From: the human T2T-CHM13v2.0 reference genome, Homo sapiens
Direction: 5' to 3' (one strand)
DNA length: 64,000 nucleotides
Assembly (NCBI RefSeq): GCF_009914755.1
Contig: NC_060943.1
Part shown: one piece after another, positions 26,775 to 46,775 of the stretch
Numbering within the stretch: position 1 is the stretch's first letter
How the letters are laid out: each line of letters opens with the position of its first letter
Program-made: the position numbers and the translations under genes
The notes under the pieces: generated by a model
Seen by the model: only the letters and a program-made list of their open reading frames with translations
The model's database searches: none
Told to the model about the DNA's origin: nothing

Positions 26775-27775
26775 GTGCATGTGCGAGGGCATTTGTATGG
26801 ATACGCGTGTGTGTACATGTGTCTATGTTTGTGTGTGCATGCACCTGTGCACATGAGCTCACGTTTGTGTGAATTGTGAGTATGCATATGTGCATTTCAT
26901 GTGCATGTGCATGCATGTTCAAGTTTTGTGTGTGCATGTGTGCCTGTGTGCATGTGTGCCTGTCATTGTTCACGTGCATCTATGTGCACACATGTCTCTC
27001 TGTGTGTATGTCTGCCTACAGGCATGAGTATGTGAGCGCGCATCTGTGTGTGCAGGCATGTTCAATGCATGTGTGCACACATGTCTCTGTGTACACATGT
27101 GCCTAAGTGCGAGTGTGTGTATGTATACACATATGAGTCCATGTGTCCATGTTTGGGTGTGCATGTATATTTATGTTTGTGTGAATTGTGTGTGTGCATG
27201 CGTTCGTGAATATGCATGTGCGCACATGTGCTTATGTGCATCTGTGTGCATGTGTGGGTTTGCATGTATGTACATGTTTATGTGCTTGTGTGTCTCTTGT
27301 GTGTGCAGGTCTGCCTACATGCATGAGTGTGTGAGTGTGTATCTGTGTGTGCAGGCATGTTCAATGCATTGTGCACACATGTCTGTGAGCACATGTGCCT
27401 AAGTGCAAGCATATGCATGTATACACATGTGTGTCCATGTGTCCGTGCTTGTGTGTGCATGTATGTTCATGTTTGTGTGAATTGTGTGTGCATGCATTTG
27501 TGAATATGCATATGTGTGCATGTGTGCACATGTGCTTGTGTGCATGTGTGTGCCAGTTTGCATGTATGTGCATGTTCCTGTGCACATGCGTTCACATGTA
27601 ATGATGTGCACATATGTCTCATGCGTGCATGTGTGTGCATGTATGTTCATATGAATGTGTGCACTCATGAGCATGTGCCACATGTCTCTGTGTGCATGTG
27701 TGCATGTATGCCTACCTGCATGTAGGCACCCGTGTTTGTGCATGAGTGTGTGCACAGGTTTGTTTTGTACACACT
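26775..27775 (+). repeat. Complex (TG/TGCA)n array with ~300-bp higher-order period
   Basis: Anchor tttgtgtgaattgtg at ~26864, 27176, 27472; gcaggcatgttcaatgcat and catgtgcctaagtgc each recur 299-300 bp apart. Confidence 0.9.
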
Positions 27776-28459
27776 GTCTGGGACCTGCCTTAAGCTTCAG
27801 GTGTCCATTCCCCATTCCACCAGAGTGGCTGCCTACACTTGGAAAATGAACAGGATCTGGTCTCAAGCCTTCCTGAGCTCCAACCAGCCCTGCCTGAGCG
27901 ACCTTGGGTGTATCATCTGTCCTGCTGAGCCTCACATTTTCCCCACGTAAACTGGCGTGTGGGGTGAGCACAGCCACAGAGAGCTCCTCTGGCTGAGTGC
28001 CGAGTCTGTGAGGAACCGGAGCTGGGGGTTCAGCTGCAGTTGGAGCTCGACCTGGATGAATGGATGGCACATGGAGGATGCTGGTGAGTGACCCAAGGAG
28101 GGGTGAGTGAGGTGGGTGTGGGCTTCTTCTCTGGGCCTCGGTTTCCCCTCCTTACCCTGGAGAGTTGGACTCAAGCCTCTCTTGATCCTTCTAGTGAAAA
28201 GATCCCACACTTGGCTGTATCGGGGTTCCTCCTTCTGTCCCGCATTCTCAAATCCCCCCACCTCATTCTTGAGTGTGGCCTGGGAGTGAATTGGAAAGGC
28301 TCTCTCTGGGCCTCAGTTTCCCCAGCCATAATAGAGAAAAGTCACTTAGATGGGTCCAGAGGACCATACCCCTCTAACATTCAGGAATGTCCTCATGGAA
28401 ATACATTTCCTCCCTACTAACTTTCAACAGAGGAAAGTTTATCGTCATCTGACCTTGCC

Positions 28460-28762
28460 TTTTTGTTTCTGTTTTTGTTTTTTTGAGACAGGGTGTCACT
28501 CTGTTGCCCAGACTGGAGTGCAGTGATGAGATCTGAGCCCATTGCAACCTCTGCCTCCTGGGTTAAGCGATCCTCCCACCTTTGCCTCCCAAGCAGCTGG
28601 ATTACAGGCATGCACCACTACACTCATCTAATATTTGTATTTTTAGTACAGATGGGATTTCAGCATGTTGGTCAGGCAGGTCTTGAACTCCTGACCTCAA
28701 AGTGATCCACCCCCCTTTGCCTCCCAAAGTGCTGGGATTACAGGTGTGAGCCACTGTGCCTG
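28460..28762 (-). mobile_element. Alu
   Basis: Reverse dimer. Confidence 0.93.
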
Positions 28763-28764
28763 AC

Positions 28765-29100
28765 TGGAGTGCTTTTCTCCCAAGAGATCCACTTGAGTCC
28801 TCCCTTCTCCTCTTCAAATCTTTGCTCAAATGTCACCTCCTCAGAGAAGCCCTCCCTGACTACCCCAGCTAAAGAAACCATGTCTCCACCACTGTCTACA
28901 CCCTCACCCTACATTATTTTTCTTCATAGCCCTTTCAAAACCATTCATTATCTTGTACCTCGATGAGTGACCATGCCTCATCAACTCGAAGGCAGCCATT
29001 TTTGCCTGTCTTTCTGTTGCAAATTCCAAAGCCTAGAACAGAACTTGGCACACAGTAGGTGCTCAAGAATACTTGTTGAATGAATGAATGAATGAACGAA
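28765..29100 (+). mobile_element. L2 3' end
   Basis: ctcaaatgtcacctcctcagagaagcc...ggcacacagtaggtgctcaag...(tgaa)n tail. Confidence 0.85.
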
Positions 29101-29927
29101 TAATGGAAGGTAGGAGGCTATGACTGCCCATTCACAGATATGGACACAGTGGTTCAGGAAACGAACGTCACTCAGTCCAAGTCCCACAATGGTCAGTGGC
29201 AAAAGTAGGGTTCAAGCCCAGCTGGCTCGTCCCTCCTGTTCTTCCTCCCACTCATGCCCCAGGTCTGAGGGGCTGCCCAGCTGCTGCTAGCAACCTGGCT
29301 TCGACCTCCAACCATTGATCCACCAGAGGCTGCTCTGTGGGATGCACTTCCTGATTTAGCTAAAACACCCTGCGCTGGCTACAGCGGGGTGATCGATGGC
29401 CCTACAGTCAGCTCAGGCACCCCCAACGCAGACACATACATTTGAGGCCTCTCTCTAGCCCTTGCCCCTGCAATCCCAGGCTGAGGTGGTCCTGCTGGCG
29501 GGAAGTGGATGGAGCACATGTCGTGTGGTTCTAGATGGCGGTGGCCACATCTCCTGGGCACCTGTATTCTACCAAGAGGAAGGGGAAAAGTTACTGCGGT
29601 CAAGGAAATGGAAAATCAAAACCAGAACAAGATCTTGCTTCACATTGATCAGATTGGGTAAATGAGGGGGAAAATGGATGAGATTAACTATTGATGAGGG
29701 TGAGGGAGATGGGACTCATGGACAGCTAGTGAGCCAAGGAATGGTGGGCAGCTTCGCAGCATCAAATAAAACTGCGTTGCAGCAACTCTACCCAGATCTC
29801 TAACCCAGAGAAGATCTACATGCGTGTGCAAAGACGCCTGTTTGCTAATGTGCTCTACGGAGTCATGGTGGATAAACTATAGAAGGTGCATCTTATGGAA
29901 ACATATGCAGCTGTTAAAAAGAAAGAG

Positions 29928-30235
29928 GGCCCTTGCGTGGAGGCTCATGCCTTGTAATCCCAGTGCTTCAGGAGGCTGAGGTGAGAGGAAGGGTTAAGGC
30001 CAGGAGTTTGAGACCAGCCTAGGCAACATAGTGAGACTCCATCTCTGCTGGAAAAAAAAACAAAAAACAAAACTTTAAAAATTAGCCAGGCATGGTGGTG
30101 TGCACCTGTAGTCCCAGCTACTTGGGAGGCTGATGCATGAGGATTGCTTGAGCCTAGGAGTTGAAAGTTACAGTGAGCTATGATTGCACCACTGTACTCC
30201 AGCCTGAGTGACAGAGTGGGACCCTGTCTGAAAAC
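29928..30235 (+). mobile_element. Alu (AluJ-like)
   Basis: Dimer with J-type features. Confidence 0.9.
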
Positions 30236-30236
30236 A

Positions 30237-30482
30237 GAAGAACAAGAGGAAGAGGAAGAAAAAGAAGAAAGAGAAGGAGAAGGAGAGGGAGAGGGAGAGG
30301 GAGAAGGAGAGGAAGAGGAAGAAGAAGGAGAAGGAGAGGGAGAGGGAAAAGGAGAAGGAGAGGAAGAGGAAGAAGGAGAAGGAGAAGAAGAAGGAGAGGG
30401 AGGAGGAGGAGCAGAGAAGAAGGAGAGGAAGAAGAAGAAGAAGAAGGAGGAGGAGGAGGAGGAGGAGGAAGAAGAAGAAGGC
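30237..30482 (+). repeat. Polypurine (GAA/GAG/GAGGGA)n tract derived from Alu tail
   Basis: ~245 bp nearly pure A/G with 3/6-bp periodicity. Confidence 0.93.
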
Positions 30483-30534
30483 TGATCCATGTATCCTGTC
30501 CTGGCAAGGGCTTTTTAGAGAAAAGTACCAGAGG

Positions 30535-31033
30535 TCACCTAGGCTGGAATGCATTGGCGTGATCTTGGCTCAGGACAGCCTCAAACTCCTGGACTCAAGT
30601 GATCCTCCCACCTCAGCCTCATAAGTAGCTGGAACTACCAGTGAACACCACCAGGCCTGGCTAATTTTTTTTTTTTTTTTTTGACAGAGTCTTGCTCTGT
30701 CGCCCAGGTTGGAGTGCAGTGGTAGTAGCTGGGACTACAGGTGCGTGCCACCATGCCCGGCTAATTTTTTGCATTTTTAGTAGAAATAGGGTTTCACCAT
30801 GTTAGCCAGGATGGTCTCAATCTCCTGACCTCGTGATATGCCTGCCTCGGCCTCCCAAAGTGCTGGGATTACAGGCGTGAGCCACCACGCCCAGCTCGGG
30901 CCTGGCTAATTTTTTATAGGGACAAGGTCTTACTATGTTGCCCAGGCTGATCTCGAACTCCTGGGCCCAAGCAATCCTCCCACCTCGGCCTCCCAAAATG
31001 TTGGGATGTCAGGCAAGAGTCACTGCACCTGGG
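30535..31033 (-). mobile_element. AluJ interrupted by an internally deleted AluS
   Basis: ggagtgcagtggt joined directly to agtagctgggactac in the inner copy. Confidence 0.85.
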
Positions 31034-31087
31034 CAGAATCACCAGTTCTTTGATGCCCATGTCTGCACTCCTACTCTCTCTGTCCTC

Positions 31088-32568
<1,481 letters not shown>

Positions 32569-32919
32569 TCACTGCAGCTGCAAAACTCTTAGCTAGGAGT
32601 GCCCTCAGAGGCCCAGAGATGTCCAGTGTCACCCGCAGGTCGCCCGATGAACTGGATGCAGAGCCAGAACTTGTGCCCTTGGTGCCACCTCCCCTCTGGC
32701 TCAGCTGTGCTCTGCCATCTCTTCCAGGGACAAAGATTAGGAGTTTGTTTACTGATACTATTTTTATTGATCTTTTTTTAAAACAAGTGCTCAGCAAAAA
32801 AGATGCACTTAGCCAAACTGCTCCTATGATATCTGTGGGAATTCCTCTAAGCTGTCCCAGGCGTGGGGACTATTGGGTGGCAAAAGCACAGAACTTGATC
32901 TCTTCAGATTTCTTTTTAA

Positions 32920-33233
<314 letters not shown>

Positions 33234-33237
33234 CAGG

Positions 33238-34158
33238 TATTTTTTAAATTTTATTTTAAGTTCCAGGATATATGTGCAGGTTTGTTACATAGGTAAATGT
33301 GTGCCATGGTGGTTTGCTGCACCTATCAACCCATCATCTAGGTATTAAGCCCTGCATGCATTAACTATTTATCCTGATGCTCTCCCTCCCCCGATTCCCC
33401 CAACAGGCCTCAGGGTGTGTTGCTCCCCTCCCTGTGTCCATGTGTTCTCATTTTTCAGCTTCCACTTATAAGTGAGAACATGCAGTGTTTGGTTTTCTGT
33501 TCCGGTGTTAGTTTGCTGAGGATGATGGCTTCCAGCTCCATCTATGTCCCTGCAAAGGACATGATCTCGTTCCTTTTTATGGCTGCATAGTATTCCATGG
33601 TGTATGTGTACCACATTTTCTTTATCCAGTCTATCATTGATGGGCATTTGGGTTGATTCCATGTCTTTGCTATTGTGAATAGTGCTGCAAAGAATGTACA
33701 CATGCATGTATCCTTATAATAGAATGATTTATATTCCTTTGGGTATATACCCAGTAATAGGATTGCTTGGTCAAATAGTATTTCCGATTCCAGATCCTTG
33801 AGGAATTGCCACACTGTCTTCCTCAATGGTTGAACGAATTTACATTCCTGCCAACAATGTGAAAGCGTTCCTATTTCTCCACAGCATCACCAGCATCTGT
33901 TGTTTCTTGACTTTTTAATAATCACTATTCTGACTGGCGTGAGATGGTATCTCATTGTGTGTGTGTTTTTTTGTTTGTTTGTTTTAGACGGAGTCTCACT
34001 CTGTCACCAGGCCAGAGTGCAGTGGTACGATCTCGGCTCACTGCAACCTCCAACTGGTTTTGATCTCCTGACCTCGTGATCCACCCGCCTCGGCCTCCCA
34101 AAGTGCTGGGATTACAGGCGTGAGCCACCGCACCTGGCCTCGCATTGTGGTTTTGATT
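33238..34158 (-). mobile_element. L1PA-type 3' end (ORF2 C-terminus + 3'UTR), interrupted by an internally deleted Alu 33960-34139
   Basis: ORF 33542-33826 reads ...MCTFFAALFTIAKTWNQPKCPSMIDWIKKMWYTYTMEYYAAIKRNE (L1 ORF2 C-terminus); TSD cattgtg around Alu. Confidence 0.95.
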
Positions 34159-34191
34159 AGATCTCTCCAGATTTTGTTTCCAGCTGTCATA

Positions 34192-34295
34192 TAGGGTGAT
34201 CAGCTCATCCAGGTTTGCCCAGGACTTTCCTGTTTTTAGCACCAAAATTCCCTCATCCTAGAGAACTCAGCTGCAAACCGATGGTTGGTTATGTT
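34192..34295. mobile_element. hAT-Blackjack (MER81-like) MITE remnant
   Basis: Starts tagggtgatcagctcatccaggtttgcccaggac, resembling Blackjack termini. Confidence 0.55.
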
Positions 34296-34653
34296 ACGAT
34301 CACAAGGAAACCATGTGAGATACTGAGTAGGTGGGATGGGGGTTCCTCAGATAGAGTTGGTAACAGTTTGTCCCTCATCCGGTTATGCAAAGAGTCATCG
34401 TGATAATGCATGTCCTGGTATATAGTAAGCAATTAATAAATGCTGGCTTTTGGAGGTTGAGGCTGCAGTGAGCTATGATTTTGTCACTGTGCTCCAGCCT
34501 GGGTGACACAGGGAGACCCCATCTCTTAAAAAGATTTTTTTTATTTAAAAAAATGGTGGCTCTTGCAAGGCAGGTGAGATGTTGAGGGCTTGTCATAAGG
34601 GCACCTATTTGTCGGAGGGAGTGTTTCAAGCCCCTTCTAAAAAGCAAAAAGTA

Positions 34654-34955
<302 letters not shown>

Positions 34956-35325
34956 AGCAAAAAGTGACCTTGGACAGTCCAGCTCAGGATAGAGGAATGA
35001 CACTCACGCTAAGACCCAGTGTGTTTTCCTAATGTAATATGCAAGTCCTCTCTCGCTCTATAACATTCCATAGCTCCCACTGCCCTCTAGAGTAAATCCA
35101 CCCCTCTCCCTTACAGACCCCAATAACCTGTGTGACTTTGTCCTACAACTCCTGAATTACCCTTAGCACCCACCCATATTCCCACCTCCAGACCTTTGAA
35201 TGCAGTTTTCTCTACTGAGATACCCTTCCCTGCTTACCTGGAGGACTCATACAGAGCCCAAAAGCAGCCCTTTCCCTCCAGAAGTTGCTCCCACCAATAA
35301 ACAACTATTCCTGGAGCACCTACTT

Positions 35326-35862
35326 CAGGGATCAGCAAACAACGGCCCTGTGGGCCAAATCTGTCCCCCTACTTGTTTTTGTAAATAAAGTTTTATTGGC
35401 ACACAGCCATGTCCATTCATTAACCTGTTGTCTATGGCTGCTTTCTTGCTAATATGGCAGAGTTGAATAGTTGGGATGGAAACCATATGGCCTGCAAAAT
35501 AAAAAATATTTACAGCCAGGTGCAGTAGCTCACACCTGTAATCCCAACAGTTTGGGAGGTTCGGGTGGGGGGATTGCTTGAGCCCGAGTTCAAGACCAAC
35601 CTGGGCAACATAAAAAGACCCCATCTCTACAAATAATAGTAATAATAATAATAATAAATTAGCCCAGCATGTTGGCATGCATCTGTAGTCCAGCTACCCT
35701 GGAGGCTGACGTCGGGGGATCGCTTCAGCCTGAGAGGTTGAGATGACAGTGAGTCATGATCACTCCACTCCACCCCAGCCGGGCGACAGTGAGATCCTGT
35801 CTCAAAAAAAAATTTTTTTTTAAACAATCTGGCCCTTTTCAGAAAAAATTTACTGACCTCTG
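35326..35862. mobile_element. MER58A-like hAT-Charlie element interrupted by Alu (~35515-35810)
   Basis: caggg atcagcaaac...tttgtaaataaagttttattgg...tttactgacctctg termini; 8-bp TSD acctactt/acctacta. Confidence 0.85.
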
Positions 35863-35972
35863 ACCTACTAGGTACCTGGCCCTGTGCTCAGGACATCCAG
35901 GACACAATGGTGAAGGAGACAGACACAGCTCTGTATTCACAGGACTCATGGTTTAGTGGGGAAGACAGATGA

Positions 35973-39590
<3,618 letters not shown>

Positions 39591-40012
39591 CCTCACTGTC
39601 CTTTGAACATACCAGGCATGGCCCCTGCCGCAGGGCCTTTGCTCTGGCTGTGCCCTCTGTCTGGAATGCTCTCTTCCAGATCTTTCCATAGATGGCTCCT
39701 TCTTATCTAACCGTGGTACCATCATGCTGACCCAGCCATCGCTCTCCACCAAGATACTGGACTCCTGCCACCATGGACAGGACACATCATCACCTCCCTA
39801 CCCAGAGAAATTTCACACTAGCCTGGCTGGGACAACCTCTATCATTCCAAGCCCCTCTGCATGCCCTTGAATCCTGCCTTTGGACCTGCTTCAGATGCCA
39901 GACACAGCCAAGGGGAAATCATAAGGAACACATCAATCAGGGTGGATGACAATTGACAATAACAAAAACAATAATTACACTAATGTCAACAGCAGTTATA
40001 AAACAAGGCGGT

Positions 40013-40970
<958 letters not shown>

Positions 40971-41321
40971 AACAATTATAAAATAGCCACCGTGCATCAC
41001 CTTTCTACCTTGTGCTGAGCATGGTGCTAGGTGCCTTATGTGTGACATCTTATTGAATCTGGAGAGATGAGGATTATCGGTGCACCATTTACAAATGAGG
41101 AAACTGAGGCTCAGCCAGAGGAAAGCACCTGCCTAAACTGGCAATACCAGGACTCGAACCCAGGTCAGTCTGCTCCATACCTACCAGGCAAGTGCTCCTA
41201 GCTCAAGTCCCCAGGGAATACAATTAAGCACAAATCCACATAGGGTGGGTTGTAAAGGCTGGAATGGGGCAGGTGCATCCCACTGGCTTCCTCTGATTTG
41301 TCCACAGCAGCAAGTAATTAG

Positions 41322-41622
<301 letters not shown>

Positions 41623-41829
41623 TAATTAGCTTCTTATTCCATCTCCTCCTTGGTTTCCATATCCGCCATGCAGGCGCCACACACATCCCCATTTTACAGA
41701 TGAGAAGAATGAGGTTCAGCACGGAGAAATCTCTCGTTTGAGGTCTCCTAGGAGGATTCATGTCCGGACAGCCAAACTCTAGTCCCCAAGGCGGCACCAC
41801 CTGGCCCTGTGCCTGGCTGCTCGGTGGCA

Positions 41830-42070
41830 TTTTGCTTTATTATTTCCCAGGCGCCCTGTTAATCGTCCACACCCAGCGATTAGCATGTCATTTATATATG
41901 GCCTGGTGTCTAATTGTCCAGACCGTGGAGCTGGTGGCTCAAAACCTCCCTTCCTAATTGTCTTCCCTGCACAATTAGTACCTTGTTATATACAGCTCTG
42001 TGGTCGTCTGCACTTCTGCAGTCTACCGGCCTCGCTTCTAATTGTCCAGGCTCTGTAATTAATGCCTCAG
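41830..42070. promoter_or_regulatory. Homeodomain-motif cluster, candidate enhancer
   Basis: CTAATTGTC at 41910, 41954, 42038; ACAATTAG at 41971; TAATTAAT at 42056. Confidence 0.5.
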
Positions 42071-42597
42071 GATAGGGCTTCCTTTCTTCTCTATGCAGTT
42101 ACAGCCATACTTATTCCTGCAGTAGGGCTGGGGCAGTGTCCAAGGGAGGAAAATGCAGCCCCTGACTCCAGGGAGGTCATTGTCAAGTGCGGAAGATGAC
42201 AGGCCAAAAACACATGATGCCTGGGAGCTACAAATCCTGGTTGTAGAGTGGGGCACTGACCAAAGGTGCCCTCTGCTGGGAGAGAGGTAATGGAAGCTGG
42301 GCTTTGCAGGATGTATAGGAGTTTGTGAGGTGGAAAAGCATTCCAAGAAAAGGGAACAGCATATGCAAAGGTTCAGATGTTGGAAAGAGCTAAGTGTTTG
42401 AGTGGGTAAAACACAGTAATAAAGTCTGGCTGGAGTGTAGAACTGTAACAGGGGTAAATTTAGGGAGAAAGAAGGCATAGAAAGGGCTTTGAACACTACA
42501 TTGAGGGGCTCTGATCTTATCTTCTGGGAATCTATGATGGGGTTTAAGCAGGAAGAGAGACTTGATCATGGAAAATTTTTTTAAAAAGAAACAATCA

Positions 42598-43425
42598 GGC
42601 CAGGCACAGGGGCTCAAGCCTGTAATCCCAGTACTTTGGGAGGCTGAGATGGGCAGATTGCTTGAGCCCAGGAGTTTTGACACCAGCCTGAGCAACATGG
42701 TGAAATCTTGTCTCTACAAAAAATAGAAAAATTAGCCAGGTGTGGTGGTGTACGTACACCTGTGGTCCCACCTACTCAGGAGGCTGAGGTGGGAGGATCG
42801 CTTGAGCCTGGGAGGCGGAGGTTACAGTGACCTGTGATCGTGCCACTTTTTGAAACCCTGTCTCAAAAAAGAAAGAAAAAGAAAGAAAGAAGGAAAGGAA
42901 AGGAAGAAGGAAGTAAGGAAGGAAGGAAGGAAGGAAGGAAAGAAGGAAAGAAGGAAAAGAAAAGAAGAAAGAAAGAAAGAAGGAAGGAAGAAAGAAAGAA
43001 GAAAGAAAGAAGGAAGGAAGAAAAAAAGAAGAAAGAAAGAAAGAGAAAAGAAAAGAAAGAAAGAAAAATTAGCTAGGCGTGGTGGCACACACCTGTAGCC
43101 CCAGCTACTCTGGAGGCTGAGGTGGGTGGATCACCTGAGCCTGGGGTGGTTGAGACTGAAGTGAGCCGTGATTGCACCACTGCACTACAGCCTAGGTGAC
43201 AGAGTGAGACCCTGTCTTGGAAAAGGAAGGGAAGGGGAGGGGAGGCGAGGGGAGGGGAGGGGAAGCGAGAGGAGGGGAGGGGAGGTGAGGGGAGGGGAGA
43301 GGAGGGGAGGTGGGGAGGGGAGGGGAGTCGGGGAGGGGAGGGGAGTCAGGGAGGGGCGGGGAGGCAAGGGGAGGGGAGGGGAAGGGAGGGGAAGGGAGGG
43401 GAAGGGAAGGGAAAAGAGAAAGGAC
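42598..43425 (+). mobile_element. Alu + (GAAA/GGAA)n tract 42870-43066 + Alu right arm + (GGGGA)n tract 43220-43412
   Basis: Alu consensus matches and visible purine microsatellites. Confidence 0.9.
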
Positions 43426-43827
43426 AAGGGCTCACCCTGGTTGCTGTAGGAAGGGTAAATTGGAAGAGGAGAGAACAGAGGCCATGAGACCAGGGAGGAG
43501 GTGATCCCTGTTGTCTAGAGCTGAATGTAAAGTGGACTGAAGGGATCAGAGGCCATGAAAATGGAAAGGAGCGGATGGATGATAGGAATGGGCAGAATGT
43601 GGGTACTGACCATTGATGGGTGACAATGAGGGAGGAGAGGCAGCTCACGCCCAGGTCTTTGAGCAAATGAGCCTCATTCTAGCAAATGTTGTCTTCTGAT
43701 TTGGAGCACAGAAACCAGCTCAGGTTTAGGGTCACAGGTGTGAGAGCCATCCCTAAAACTGCAGGAATAAATGCGTCTGCCTAGAGAAAGATACAACAAG
43801 GACCTGTGAGCAAGAAACCAACATTTG

Positions 43828-44130
43828 GGCCAGCATGATGGCTCACACCTGTAATCCCAGCACTTTGGGGGAGGCCGAGGTGGGTGGATCACCTGAGGTC
43901 AGGAGTTCGAGACCAGCCTGGCCAACAGGGCAAAACCCCATCTCTGCTAAAAATATTAAAAATTAGCTGGGTGTGGTGGCATGCACCTGTAATCCCAGCT
44001 ACTCAGGAGGCTGAGAATCACTTGAACCCAGGAAGTGGAGGTTGCGGTGAGCTGAAATTGCGCCACTGCACTCCAGCCTGGGTGACAGAGTCAGACTCTG
44101 TCTCAAAATAAAAAAAAAGAAAAAAAAAAA
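43828..44130 (+). mobile_element. Alu inserted in MLT1-like LTR remnant
   Basis: TSD aagaaaccaacattt on both sides. Confidence 0.92.
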
Positions 44131-45098
44131 GAAACCAACATTTGTTGTGACAAGCCAATAAGATTCAGAATGATTTGTTATGTGGCATTAACACAGCGCT
44201 CGCTGACTGCTACAAGTCTCCATCAACTGATGGAGAGTTCCCCAAGGCCAGGCTCCTTTTGACAGATGAGAAAATGGAGGCCAGGGACATACTCAACACT
44301 TTTCATCCCGTCTGGACCAGACCCATCTACACATCTCTGAAATCTCCAGCTAGGCAGGAATCCGGACTCCCATAGCTGCTCTGTGAATTAAGAAACTCAA
44401 GGGGTTCCAATAGGTTCTGTGGTAAATTGCCCATGAAAGTACCAGAGAAAACCTAGCTCGGAGGGGAGAAGATCTGTGATGATATATCTACAGGAAGGAA
44501 AAAAAAAAAAAGATTTGGGAGCTCAGCAGCGGAATGTTCTATAAGAACCTTTTAAAAGCAAACACAGGAGACACAAGCAGTTTTTAAAATGACAGACAAT
44601 ACGAAGGAAGATAATATATTTAAAACCTATATCAGTTGTTAACAGACCATAAAAATACAGCTACATTAATCTGAGCTGTCTGTCATGGGCTCTCAGAGCA
44701 GCTGTGTGATTTTATAGTTTCGCTCCTACCAGTTTTCTTGACAGTTTCACAAATACATCTCAATTTATTTGGATAAGGACAATAGAAAAATATTGCTCCT
44801 GTTTTTTCATTCATTCTTTCTTTCTTCTCCCTCTTCTTCCTCTGCCACGCTCCAAACAGCTGGGAGATCTTACGGGGCTGGCCGTAAGGGCTGGTGGGGA
44901 GGGGGTCTCTTTTATTTTTATTTTCATTGTTTTATCCCATTGGGAGAAAAGTTTCTGTGGGGGTTTACCTTCCCCACTGAGTCTCAGGCTTGTGGGGAAA
45001 TAGCCGGATTGGCAGCAATTGCTGCTGTGTGTCTGTGGCCCAGTGTCTCACCTTCTCTGAGGTTTGTTAGCAAAGAGTCTACACACACCTGCTCCTGA

Positions 45099-46775
<1,677 letters not shown>

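Noticed and set aside
26876-28070. Cys/Val/His-rich ORFs
   Set aside because: Artefacts of the TG/CA repeat
30180-30485. E/G-rich 101-aa ORF resembling acidic repeat proteins
   Set aside because: Starts inside an Alu and reads through the tail-derived purine microsatellite
33542-33826. ORF with clear L1 ORF2 C-terminal similarity
   Set aside because: 5'-truncated L1 relic, not a functional gene
44475-44680. Possible C/D snoRNA (GTGATGA ... CTGA)
   Set aside because: ~200 nt span, internal poly-A run and no convincing terminal stem
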